This document shows, piece by piece, positions 18,900 through 27,639 of a stretch of 64,000 bases of DNA. The notes under the pieces were generated by a model that saw only the letters and a list, made by a program, of their open reading frames with translations, was not told the DNA's origin and searched no databases. Location of the stretch: the NCBI GenBank assembly GCA_963666055.2, contig CAXWPH010000015.1:224001-288000 (forward strand). The letters run 5' to 3'. The position numbers were made by a program, and so were the translations under genes. This DNA comes from Acidobacteriota bacterium (GTDB taxonomy: Bacteria; Acidobacteriota; UBA890; WLXD01). The first letter of the stretch is position 1, and the number at the start of each line of letters is the position of its first letter.

Positions 18900-19682
18900 A
18901 TGACGATGGACGGGATCACGGCGCTCGTTACCGGCGCCTCCAGCGGCATCGGGTGCGAGCTGGCCAGACTGTTCGCCGCCGACGGCCACGACCTGGTGCT
19001 TACCGCGCGGCGCGAGAGCCGGCTCCAGCAACTGGCTGCCGAGCTGTCTGATGCGCATCGTGTGGAGGTGGCTGTGATCGCCGCGGACCTGGCCGCGGCC
19101 GGTGCGGCGCGCGCGTTGCACGAAAGTGTTCAGCAACGTGGCCTGCAGATCGATGCCGTCGTAAACAACGCCGGGTTCGGGTGTTCTGGAAGCTTCGCCG
19201 ACACGGATCTCGATCGCCAGCTGGAAATGATTCAGGTCAACATCAGCTCCCTCGTCGAGCTTACCGGCCTGTTCCTACCGGCGATGCGTCAGCGCGGCCG
19301 GGGCTGGATCATGAACGTGGCTTCGACGGCGGCTTTCCAGCCCGGGCTGCTCATGAGCGTCTACTTTGCCACCAAGGCCTTCGTCCTCCACTTCAGCGAG
19401 GCGATCGCCGAGGAGGTAGGTGACGCGGGCATCGTCGTGAGTGCTTTTTGCCCTGGTCCTACGCTGAGCGAGTTTCGCGCCGTGCTACATGGGCGCGATG
19501 ATCTTCCGGTGCCAGCGGGCGTTCCCGACGCGGCAACGGTCGCCGCCGCTGGCTACGCGGCGCTTTGGCGTGGGCGGCGGGTGTTCATACCCGGGCTCAA
19601 GAATCGCCTGATGGCGCTGTCGGTTCGCTGCGCGCCGCGTGCACTCGTGGTGCGCGCCGTGCATCGGATGCAACAACGGTGA
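18900..19682 (+). CDS. Short-chain dehydrogenase (DltE-like)
   Basis: TGASSGIG, NNAG, YFATK. Confidence 0.93.
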   Translation: MTMDGITALVTGASSGIGCELARLFAADGHDLVLTARRESRLQQLAAELSDAHRVEVAVIAADLAAAGAARALHESVQQRGLQIDAVVNNAGFGCSGSFADTDLDRQLEMIQVNISSLVELTGLFLPAMRQRGRGWIMNVASTAAFQPGLLMSVYFATKAFVLHFSEAIAEEVGDAGIVVSAFCPGPTLSEFRAVLHGRDDLPVPAGVPDAATVAAAGYAALWRGRRVFIPGLKNRLMALSVRCAPRALVVRAVHRMQQR

Positions 19683-19709
19683 TACAGAGCGCCAGGCTGG
19701 GACGAGGCT

Positions 19710-20693
19710 TCAAGGCGTGATGCGAGAGAGCATGCCGCGCCGCAGGGGGATGTAGAAGCCCCAGTAGAAGGGCTCCTGATCGGCGCCCCTCGGGAACCAA
19801 AGGCCGACGATCTGCTGGTTCAGCCACGGCAGTCCTTCCACCCAGTGGGGACCGAGCGTGCCGGCCGAGTCTGAGAAGTCCCCGCGAAATACGCTCGTAG
19901 GGGCGTCTGCGCTGCGACAACCACCGCAGGAAAGTTGGCTGGGACGCCGAAGCGCTCGAGGGTGCTGCGGCCGGCATCGCTCACTGCCAGGCGAAACTCC
20001 GCCGGCACGCTCGTGCCGGATCGAGCCGACACGACGTCGAACCGATAGTTGAAACGCATCCCGAGGGTCACGTCGTCGGTGATCTGACCGGCGTCGCGGC
20101 TTTCGATCGTCAGGCCCGGCGCGTTGATCTCGAGCCCGACGCGCAACACGAACAGGCGGGTGACCGCCCGGTCCAGCCGCTCCAGTCGAGCCCGAAGAGG
20201 TCTTGTAGGCGTGCGCGAGACTGGCCAGAAGTCGGTGACGCGAAGGTGTTGAACTCGGCCACAATGTGGCCGCCGCGCGCGCCGAATTCCTCCACAGCAT
20301 CTACCTCACGGTCCTTGAGGCCGCCATAGATCAGCGCCGAGTAGTCGAGCCCGGCCATGCTGGGCCGATCGCTCTCGTAGTCGCCACGATAGACACCATA
20401 GCTGTCGGCAAGGTAGAGCATGTTGGCGTTGGCCAGGTGGCGCGGCTCGAGATCCTCCCAGGTGCCGTGGTTCACTGTGTCGTCGGGATCCGGGTTGAAC
20501 CCGATATAGTCGCGGTCCAGTTGCCAGCCACGCTCCCCCACCGCGTCGCCCACCTTGTCTCGTCGACCACCAGCACGCGCCATGGCGAAGCGTCTTTCAG
20601 GTACCAACGCAGCGGCGCCGCGCCACAACTGAAGACGGTTGCCAGCATCAGGCCGATTCCCACCCACACGACGATCCGACGCAGTACCTTCAT
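19710..20693 (-). pseudogene. Conserved hypothetical exported protein broken over several frames
   Basis: Contiguous segments MKVLRRIVVW...VLVVDET / RDYIGF...YLADSYGVY...LIYGGL...AEFNTFASPT...WSGWTGR / FNYRFDVV...FPAVV...YFAG / DFSD...FYWGFYIP. Confidence 0.7.
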
Positions 20694-21364
20694 GAGGCTC
20701 CCCCCTCGACCAACCGTAATCGGACCGTAACCTCCGTTCCGTCGACCGGCAATACGCCCGGGCGCACCGTGAAGTGCGGCCCGCCGGCAACGAAGTCGCG
20801 CACCGTATAGCGCGCGTTGCCTACTTTGCTGCCCGGGCACGAATAGAGGCAGACGACGCAGCCGGAGTGCCAGGCATCGATATTGCCGCGATGGCCGCCG
20901 AAGCGCATGTCGAAGCCGCGATCTCCGGAGTCGTCGAGAAACTCGTCGAGCGCTAGCGGCTGCTCGGATCCCGGCAGCAAGAATTCCAGCTCGACCCTGG
21001 GACCCTCGATTGTTCGATCGGGAGCCGCCGCCGCGGTGTCATGGCGTTGCTCCCAGGTGTCGATGGAGAGCGCGTCGCCGGGCGCAGCGCCGAGTGACTC
21101 GAGAGCGTCGATGACTTGAACGTCACTTACACCAGCGACAAAGAGCGCGTGGTCGGTGGCTCGCCCACCGCGCCACACCACGAGGTGGTAGCCGGCGGTG
21201 TCTCCCTGCGCAAAGGCGCTCGACTGCACTGTAGCCAGAAACTCGACCGCGTTGCCGTCGACGAGCCGGACCACGCCGGTTGGCGTCGGCACGCACGATC
21301 CGAGGCTCAGGGCGGCTGCAATCGTAGCGGCAAGCAGCCAACGGTCTGGCGTAGATAATCTCAA
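20690..21364 (-). CDS. YdjY-like lipoprotein
   Basis: Lipobox LGSC; ALESLGAAPGD; FGG...SGCVVCLYSCPG Cys cluster. Confidence 0.75.
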   Translation of the reverse strand: MRLSTPDRWLLAATIAAALSLGSCVPTPTGVVRLVDGNAVEFLATVQSSAFAQGDTAGYHLVVWRGGRATDHALFVAGVSDVQVIDALESLGAAPGDALSIDTWEQRHDTAAAAPDRTIEGPRVELEFLLPGSEQPLALDEFLDDSGDRGFDMRFGGHRGNIDAWHSGCVVCLYSCPGSKVGNARYTVRDFVAGGPHFTVRPGVLPVDGTEVTVRLRLVEGGAS

Positions 21365-21421
21365 GCAGCCCTCCCCGCGTTGGGACTCTCTGTCCTCATC
21401 AATACTAGGCTGAGCGCAGCG

Positions 21422-21838
21422 ATGATCGAATCACTGTTTTTGGCCCTGGCACTGATTGGCCTGCTGGTGTCCACCTACTTCACCGCGGTGGCGTTGCGCT
21501 GGATGCGGCCTGATGCGCAGTGGATCCCGCCGTTCTGTCGACTCGACGAGGGCACTTGCACGTTGGTGGTGTTCACCCCGCAAGCGCGGATATTCGGTGT
21601 GCCCAACTCGTTGCTGGGACAGGCGTACTATCTGGCGCTGCTCATCGGTGTGTTGCAAGGTGCCGCCCTGCAACGGCCGTGGGTGTACGGCTACCTGGCC
21701 GTTGCGGCCGCGACGGTGGTGCTGGCCGCATATCTGTCGTATTCGCTGGTCTACGTGCTTCGTGTCCGCTGTACGTTGTGCTTCACCAGCCACGCAATCA
21801 ACACAGTGCTCTTCGTGTTGCTGTTGGCGACGCTGTAG
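21422..21838 (+). CDS. Vitamin K epoxide reductase (VKOR) family protein
   Basis: CRLDEGTC loop cysteines, IFGVPNSLLG, CTLC active site, four TM helices. Confidence 0.9.
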   Translation: MIESLFLALALIGLLVSTYFTAVALRWMRPDAQWIPPFCRLDEGTCTLVVFTPQARIFGVPNSLLGQAYYLALLIGVLQGAALQRPWVYGYLAVAAATVVLAAYLSYSLVYVLRVRCTLCFTSHAINTVLFVLLLATL

Positions 21839-22717
21839 CTATGGGGTCAGCAGATCTGCGAGGCCGAGCGATACCAGGCCGACCGCTACTCCAACGAACA
21901 CGTCAACCACATAGTGATAGCGGCCGTACACGGTGCTCACGAGCATCAGGCCGCCGATCACGCCGCCGGCGAGGGCGCCGCTCACCCCCCAGATTCGCCA
22001 GCACCAGACCATGAAAACCAGGCAGGTAGAGCTGTGGGCGCTGGGCATCGCCCCCCCTTTGTGTGCGGTCGAGCTCCACATGACACGGTTCGTCCAGGCG
22101 GTGACCAGGTATCCCGGCAGCCGCCGTTCGGACTCGGGAAGCAGGCCCTCCGAGACCAGCGCCCAGCGCGGCCCCCAGAGCGGCATCCAGGGATAGGCGG
22201 AGTAGCTGATCACGTAGCCCAGACACACGGCCAATCCCATGGCTTCGAAGCGCCGGAAATCGCCTGCCGCGTACAGCGCGACGCCGAGCACTGGCGTATA
22301 GAGCACGTACAGCCAGTAGGAGATGTGCATCAGCTCGTTGAGCCACGCGGGGCGGTCGAGGGCGAGCCACAGGCTGGGATTGCCGAATAGTCGCTGGTCC
22401 AAGTCGATCAGCGGCCGGTCGTACGAGAACTCCGGTGGATAGAAGAGGTGCAGCGTGTGCCCTGCCCAGGCGTACGCCAACCAGAAATAGATGATTGGCA
22501 ACCACAGGCGCGCCAAGAGGAGGGCGCTACCGGAGCCTTCGGGATTGCCCGGCGCCACGCTGGCCAACCCGGCGAAGCCGATGGCGACGAAGAAGTTCAC
22601 TGCATGAATGCGCCGTCGAATGGGCACCGGACGGCGGGCCAGCGCATGGTGCAACGAGTTCACCGCTGCGAAGGGGATGGTCAGCAGGCAGAGAAGGGTG
22701 CCGATCTGCAGCGACAA
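21839..22717 (-). CDS. PAP2-superfamily membrane phosphotransferase (AUR1/PAP2_3-like)
   Basis: MPSAHSS and STVYGRYHYVVD motifs; multiple TM helices. Confidence 0.85.
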   Translation of the reverse strand: MSLQIGTLLCLLTIPFAAVNSLHHALARRPVPIRRRIHAVNFFVAIGFAGLASVAPGNPEGSGSALLLARLWLPIIYFWLAYAWAGHTLHLFYPPEFSYDRPLIDLDQRLFGNPSLWLALDRPAWLNELMHISYWLYVLYTPVLGVALYAAGDFRRFEAMGLAVCLGYVISYSAYPWMPLWGPRWALVSEGLLPESERRLPGYLVTAWTNRVMWSSTAHKGGAMPSAHSSTCLVFMVWCWRIWGVSGALAGGVIGGLMLVSTVYGRYHYVVDVFVGVAVGLVSLGLADLLTP

Positions 22718-22994
22718 GACAGGAGGCTCCGCAGGACGCGCTCGACGCGGCGCGAGCGCGACGTGATTCTATTCGTTGTGGTACCGGCGGGGTGCCCCAA
22801 GAGCTGGTGGTGAGCGCACAGCGGAACCTACGGCAGCACTCCGGCGCGCGAAGATTCACCATCGGACACAGCGTTTGCCTCTGGACAGCGCTCCGTCGCC
22901 TTACTAACCTGAATAGGAGAACCGGGGCGGTCGAATACACTTGCGCCGCCAGCCGCGGGGGCAGGCTGGCGTGGCACGACAGATCGGGGTGGGA

Positions 22995-23837
22995 ATGTTC
23001 GACTCGCGTTGGAAACGTGCGGCAGCAACCTGTCTGCTCGGTGCGTTTGTCTTTTCCGTACCGGCACAGGCGCAGGATTTGGGCGGAGCGCCGAGCAAGG
23101 CTTGGACGAACGAGGCGCAGCTCGCGCTGGTCAGCGCCTCCGGAAACAGCGCCGGCACGACGCTGGCGGTGACCGATCGGTTCACCATCAACGGAGACTA
23201 CTCCGAGATCATCATCTTTGGAGAGGTCTACCGCTCGACCTCCACGCAACGCGCGCTGGTGAATCGCCAGAACGGTACGGTGCGCGAGACGCTTACCAGC
23301 GAGACGACGGCGCAGCGCTACGAGTTTGGTGTCAAGTACCGACAGAACTTCGTCGGCAACATCTTCTGGTTCCTCGGCGGCGACTGGTTTCGGGACCGCG
23401 CCGCCGGAATCGACAACCGGCTGACGGGCCACGCTGGCCTGGGCGTTCGTTTTCTCGAGAACGCCCGCGCCTCGGTCGTGGGTGAGGCCGGCATCGGCCT
23501 GACGCGTGAGACTCAGGTTTCCGCACCGCTGGACAACTATGTGGCCGGTCGTGTGGGCCTCGACATCAAGATGGGGCTTTCCTCCACTGCCGAGCTCAGC
23601 TTTGGCGGTGAGTTTCTCACCAACCTGCAACACAGCACCGACTACCGTTTCAACGGCCGCGCAGCGATCACCGCGCACATGAGCGAGCTCTTCGCGTTGC
23701 GTATCAGCGGCATCCTGCGCACCGACAACGTACCGCCGATCCTGATCATCGATAGCATTCCGAACAATCCGCCGGCACCGTACATCGTCGGACGCAGCGA
23801 CCGGTTGATCATCGGCTCGGTGGTGATGACGTTCTAG
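22995..23837 (+). CDS. DUF481/YdiY-like outer-membrane beta-barrel protein
   Basis: Signal peptide, ASGNS, DRAAGID, C-terminal F. Confidence 0.8.
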   Translation: MFDSRWKRAAATCLLGAFVFSVPAQAQDLGGAPSKAWTNEAQLALVSASGNSAGTTLAVTDRFTINGDYSEIIIFGEVYRSTSTQRALVNRQNGTVRETLTSETTAQRYEFGVKYRQNFVGNIFWFLGGDWFRDRAAGIDNRLTGHAGLGVRFLENARASVVGEAGIGLTRETQVSAPLDNYVAGRVGLDIKMGLSSTAELSFGGEFLTNLQHSTDYRFNGRAAITAHMSELFALRISGILRTDNVPPILIIDSIPNNPPAPYIVGRSDRLIIGSVVMTF

Positions 23838-23984
23838 TGGACTGAGTCAGGCCACTAGCTGCTAGCCGACTGTTGCGCTAGCTCTCGGTCCAGTCCATGG
23901 TCGGCGCGCTCACCGGCATACAATACCGCCGAGCCGCGGCGACAGCCGCCCGGCGTCGACCCCAGGTCCTGGCTAGGAAACTGC

Positions 23985-24593
23985 ATGCTTGACCGTTCTC
24001 GAAGCGCCTATCGGTTCTTTCCCTTGCTGTTGACGCTCGCCGCATTCGGCTGTGGGCCGGCAGAGCTCGGCACGCCGACCGCCGATGAGATCGAGGCGCT
24101 GCTCGACGCCACCTTCCCGCGCGCCGCTGGCCAGGTGCAGGTGCGCGACATCGAGCGAGCCGACAGCAGCGTGCGCGCCAGGGCGGACTACGCCGGCTCC
24201 GATGTAACGCTGCTGCTGGTGGTCGGCGAGTCGTCGTGGATCGTCGACGGGGCCGAGATGGGCGGCAACACCTACACCACCGATCAGCTGCAATCCATCG
24301 GCAACTCGCTGGCCCTCATGCAGGAGGTCTCCGATGCGCTGGCGGTGTTCCGTGCCGAGACCGGAGCGTATCCGCGGCTCGAGGACCTGGTCGGCCTGCG
24401 TGAGCTGGTCCCCGATTATTACTCCCCCTCAGATACCGGCTTCATCGACGGGTGGGGCAACGGCCTGCGCTACCGGATGCAGGAAGATGAATACACGCTG
24501 ACGTCGGATGGTCCGGACGGGCGCAGTGCTACCACCGACGATCTATTCCTCATTACCGGACCGGGCGAGGAAGCAGCGGGCGCCGAAGACTAG
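23985..24593 (+). CDS. Lipoprotein with GspG-like C-terminal domain
   Basis: Lipobox AFGC; ALAVFRAETGAYP, DGWGNGLRY, LTSDGPDG, TTDDL. Confidence 0.7.
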   Translation: MLDRSRSAYRFFPLLLTLAAFGCGPAELGTPTADEIEALLDATFPRAAGQVQVRDIERADSSVRARADYAGSDVTLLLVVGESSWIVDGAEMGGNTYTTDQLQSIGNSLALMQEVSDALAVFRAETGAYPRLEDLVGLRELVPDYYSPSDTGFIDGWGNGLRYRMQEDEYTLTSDGPDGRSATTDDLFLITGPGEEAAGAED

Positions 24594-25078
24594 GCTGGTT
24601 TGCAACCCGCGTCGGCGGCGGCGCGTAGCTCTCTGAAGAAGGCGCGCAGGAGCTCGCCGCACTCATACGGATGCGTCGCGTGCCGCACCTCGCGTAGATG
24701 CGGCGCCAGCGCCGGGTCGGGAAGCTCTATCGCCGAGCCGCAGGCCCCGAAACGCGGATCCCGCGCACCGTAGATAAGGCGTTCCACGCGCGCCATGATG
24801 ATCGCCCCCAAACACATCAAACAGGGCTCCAGCGTTACCACCAGGGTCGAGCCGTCGAGGCGCCAATCACCGGCGACGCGACCTGCCTCCCGCAACACCA
24901 GGATCTCGGCATGCGCCGAGGGGTCGTCGAGCTGCTCGGTGCGATTATGGCCGTCCGCGACAGGCTCGTTGCCACGCAGCAGGACGGCGCCGACAGGCAC
25001 CTCGTTCTCCTCCGACGCCTGGTTCGCCTGGGCGATCGCCAGGCGCATCCACGCGTCGATGTCGAGAAGACGCGTCAT
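24590..25078 (-). CDS. tadA: tRNA adenosine(34) deaminase
   Basis: EVPVGAV, DPSAHAE, TLEPCLMC, GARDPRFGACGS, LLRAFFRELR. Confidence 0.92.
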   Translation of the reverse strand: MTRLLDIDAWMRLAIAQANQASEENEVPVGAVLLRGNEPVADGHNRTEQLDDPSAHAEILVLREAGRVAGDWRLDGSTLVVTLEPCLMCLGAIIMARVERLIYGARDPRFGACGSAIELPDPALAPHLREVRHATHPYECGELLRAFFRELRAAADAGCKPA

Positions 25079-25126
25079 GCGGAGCAGACCATCCCACTTC
25101 CCCGCCGGTCTGCCAGAGAAACGAAG

Positions 25127-25200
25127 CGCGCCCCGGAGGACTCGAACCTCCAACCTCCTGGTCCGTAGCCAGACGCTCTGTCCAATTGAGCTAGGGGCGC
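25127..25200 (-). tRNA. tRNA-Arg(ACG), CCA not encoded
   Basis: GCGCCCC/GGGGCGC acceptor stem, TCTGG-ctACGga-CCAGG anticodon arm, GGAGG-TTCGAGT-CCTCC T arm. Confidence 0.97.
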
Positions 25201-25342
25201 ACTTGAAGAAAAAGCTCGGACCGAGTCGGCAAGCATAGCATCGCGGTTTTGGGGCGGCAAAACGCACCGGCATTCGCCGCGCCCCAACCGCCGGTAGTCG
25301 GCTCGGCCCTGCTAAGCTTAGGCGCAGCGGGGGTGGGATTCG

Positions 25343-26158
25343 ATGCGATCGAGACTCTTGATCGGCTTGCTCGTGGTCGTGGCGGTGGTGCCGGCGCAGG
25401 CGCAATCCGAGCTCGATACGCGGCTGCGAATGGCGCTGTTCAAGCTCCAACAGGGCGACGCGATCAATGCGCTGATCGATATCGAGGCGATCCTCGCCCG
25501 CGACGATCACTATTGGCCTGCTTACTATCATCTGGGCCGCACGCAGGTACAGCTCGGCGACGATCTCGGGGCCAAGGCCTCGTTCCTCCGTGCCGCGGAG
25601 CTCAACCCCGGCAACGCGGAGCTGCACTATCTCATCGCCACCGTGGGGTGGCAGCTGGCCGACTTCGAGGCTGCCTGGACGCACGGGATCGCCGCCATCC
25701 AGGCCGGCTACGATCGGCGCCAGGTCGAGCAGCTGTTCAAGGAGCTGCGCCACTACTCGGACGAACCCGCAGACTTGACACGCCGGCTCGCGGCGCCGGG
25801 CGTGGTAGTGGTCGAGCTCGGATCCGACGATGACGAGTATCAGGACGGTGGCGAGCTGACGTCGGTAGCGCGCCAGCTGCGTTCAGCGATCTTCCGCTCG
25901 CTCGAGTTGGCCTCGGTACAGGAGGCAAGTCTGGCCCGATACCGCGTCGAGCTCGAGCGTCGCCCTGCAAGTCAGCTCGACGATGCACCGGGCGTCGGCG
26001 TCGCCACGTCTTCGTTCCGCGCCGTCCTGTTCGCCGTGGCCGACGACTCCCACCTTGGCGAGTATGTCATGCGACTCGACGCCTCGGCGGATGCCCCCGA
26101 ATCGATGTTCGAGATCAGCCATGTGGTTGCCAAGCTCGAGGCAGCTATCGCTCGGTAG
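25343..26158 (+). CDS. Exported TPR protein
   Basis: Signal peptide AQA; AYYHLG...AAELNPGNAELHY TPR pattern. Confidence 0.8.
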   Translation: MRSRLLIGLLVVVAVVPAQAQSELDTRLRMALFKLQQGDAINALIDIEAILARDDHYWPAYYHLGRTQVQLGDDLGAKASFLRAAELNPGNAELHYLIATVGWQLADFEAAWTHGIAAIQAGYDRRQVEQLFKELRHYSDEPADLTRRLAAPGVVVVELGSDDDEYQDGGELTSVARQLRSAIFRSLELASVQEASLARYRVELERRPASQLDDAPGVGVATSSFRAVLFAVADDSHLGEYVMRLDASADAPESMFEISHVVAKLEAAIAR

Positions 26159-26196
26159 CCCGTCACTCCAGTGGCCAGTCACGCAGGAGCCAAGCG

Positions 26197-27540
26197 TTGA
26201 GCATCGGACCCTACGCCACGTTGATTCGCGGCGGCACCTTGATCCTCCCCGACGGCGATCTCGGCGTTCGTGCCGAGTCCGGGGACCTGCTAATGGAGGC
26301 CGGCCGGATTACCCGCCTGGGTGTAGTCGATGATCCGCCCGAGGGGACCCGTGTCATTTATGCCAGTGGGTGCGCCGTGTTGCCGGGATTCGTGCAGACG
26401 CACGTGCATCTCTGCCAGACGCTCTTTCGCGGCATCGCCGATGAGTTGCCCTTGCTGACCTGGCTGCGCGAGCGCATCTGGCCGCTCGAGGCGGCGCACA
26501 CCCCGCAGTCGATGCGCGCCAGCGCTCGCCTGGGGGTCGCAGAGTTGCTGCTGAGCGGCACCACGGCGATACAGACGATGGAATCGGTGCACCATACGGC
26601 AACCGTCATCGAAGTACTGGCCGAATCGGGGATGTTCGCGGTTACCGGCAAGTGCCTCATGGACGACCCGGGAACCTGCCCGCCGGAGCTGCTGCAGCCT
26701 ACCGAGACGGCGCTGCGCGAAGCGGTCGATTTGGCCGAATGGTGGGACGGATCAGATCACGGACGTATCCGAATATGCCTCGCCCCGCGCTTCGCCGTGA
26801 GCTGTACCGACGCATGTATGAGCGAAGTGGGGGCGCTGGCGGCGACCGGCGGCTGGCGGGTGCACACCCATGCGTCGGAGAGCCGAGATGAGGTGACGCT
26901 GGTCGAGCAACGCACAGGGCGGCGCAACATCCACTATCTCGCCGACATCGGGCTGGCGGGGGCGCACGTCGGGTTGGCCCATTGCATTTGGGTGGACGAA
27001 GACGAGGTCGAGACGCTGGCACGTACCGGCACACACGTGCTGCACTGTCCGAGCAGCAACTGCATGCTGGGCTCCGGGATCGCTCCGTTACCGCTGCTGA
27101 TAGAGCGCGGGGTGTCGGTGAGCCTCGGCGCCGACGGCGCCGCCTGCAACAACACGCTCGACATGTTCCGCGAGATGCGCCTGGCGACGATGTTGCAGAA
27201 GTCGATTCACGGCCCTCTCGTGATGTCCGTTTCGACGCTGCTGGACATGGCCACGCGGCGGGGCGCAGAGGCGCTCGGTTGGGGATCGGAAATGGGTGCG
27301 CTCGTACCCGGATCGAGGGCCAACGTGGTGCTCGTCAGCCTGGACGGCACGCATGCCACGCCAGGCCCCGATGCGTTGTCAACGCTGGTGTACTGCTGCC
27401 GAAGTGCCGATATCCGCGCCGTGTGGCTTGCCGGTGAGCAGGTGGTCGCGGAAGGCCGCTTGGCGGTGTGGGATGAGGAAGAGATTCGCCGCGACGCGAA
27501 CCGCGAGGCCCAGGCCCTGGTCGAGCGGGCGGGGATCTGA
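26197..27540 (+). CDS. Amidohydrolase, 5'-deoxyadenosine/MTA-SAH deaminase family
   Basis: PGFVQTHVHLCQ, HTHASE, AHCIW, HCPSSN, LGADGAACNN. Confidence 0.9.
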   Translation: MSIGPYATLIRGGTLILPDGDLGVRAESGDLLMEAGRITRLGVVDDPPEGTRVIYASGCAVLPGFVQTHVHLCQTLFRGIADELPLLTWLRERIWPLEAAHTPQSMRASARLGVAELLLSGTTAIQTMESVHHTATVIEVLAESGMFAVTGKCLMDDPGTCPPELLQPTETALREAVDLAEWWDGSDHGRIRICLAPRFAVSCTDACMSEVGALAATGGWRVHTHASESRDEVTLVEQRTGRRNIHYLADIGLAGAHVGLAHCIWVDEDEVETLARTGTHVLHCPSSNCMLGSGIAPLPLLIERGVSVSLGADGAACNNTLDMFREMRLATMLQKSIHGPLVMSVSTLLDMATRRGAEALGWGSEMGALVPGSRANVVLVSLDGTHATPGPDALSTLVYCCRSADIRAVWLAGEQVVAEGRLAVWDEEEIRRDANREAQALVERAGI

Positions 27541-27639
27541 CGATCTCTCGGTGTGCTTCGATCAGTTCGGCGCTGCCAGGGCTCGGCTACGTACCCCGGC
27601 GACATGCGCTCCGAGTCATAGCGCAGAGGTTCGTGCTCG

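Noticed and set aside
25079-25753. 387-aa extended TadA ORF
   Set aside because: The extension crosses tRNA-Arg and is antisense to the TPR gene; TadA similarity starts at 25078
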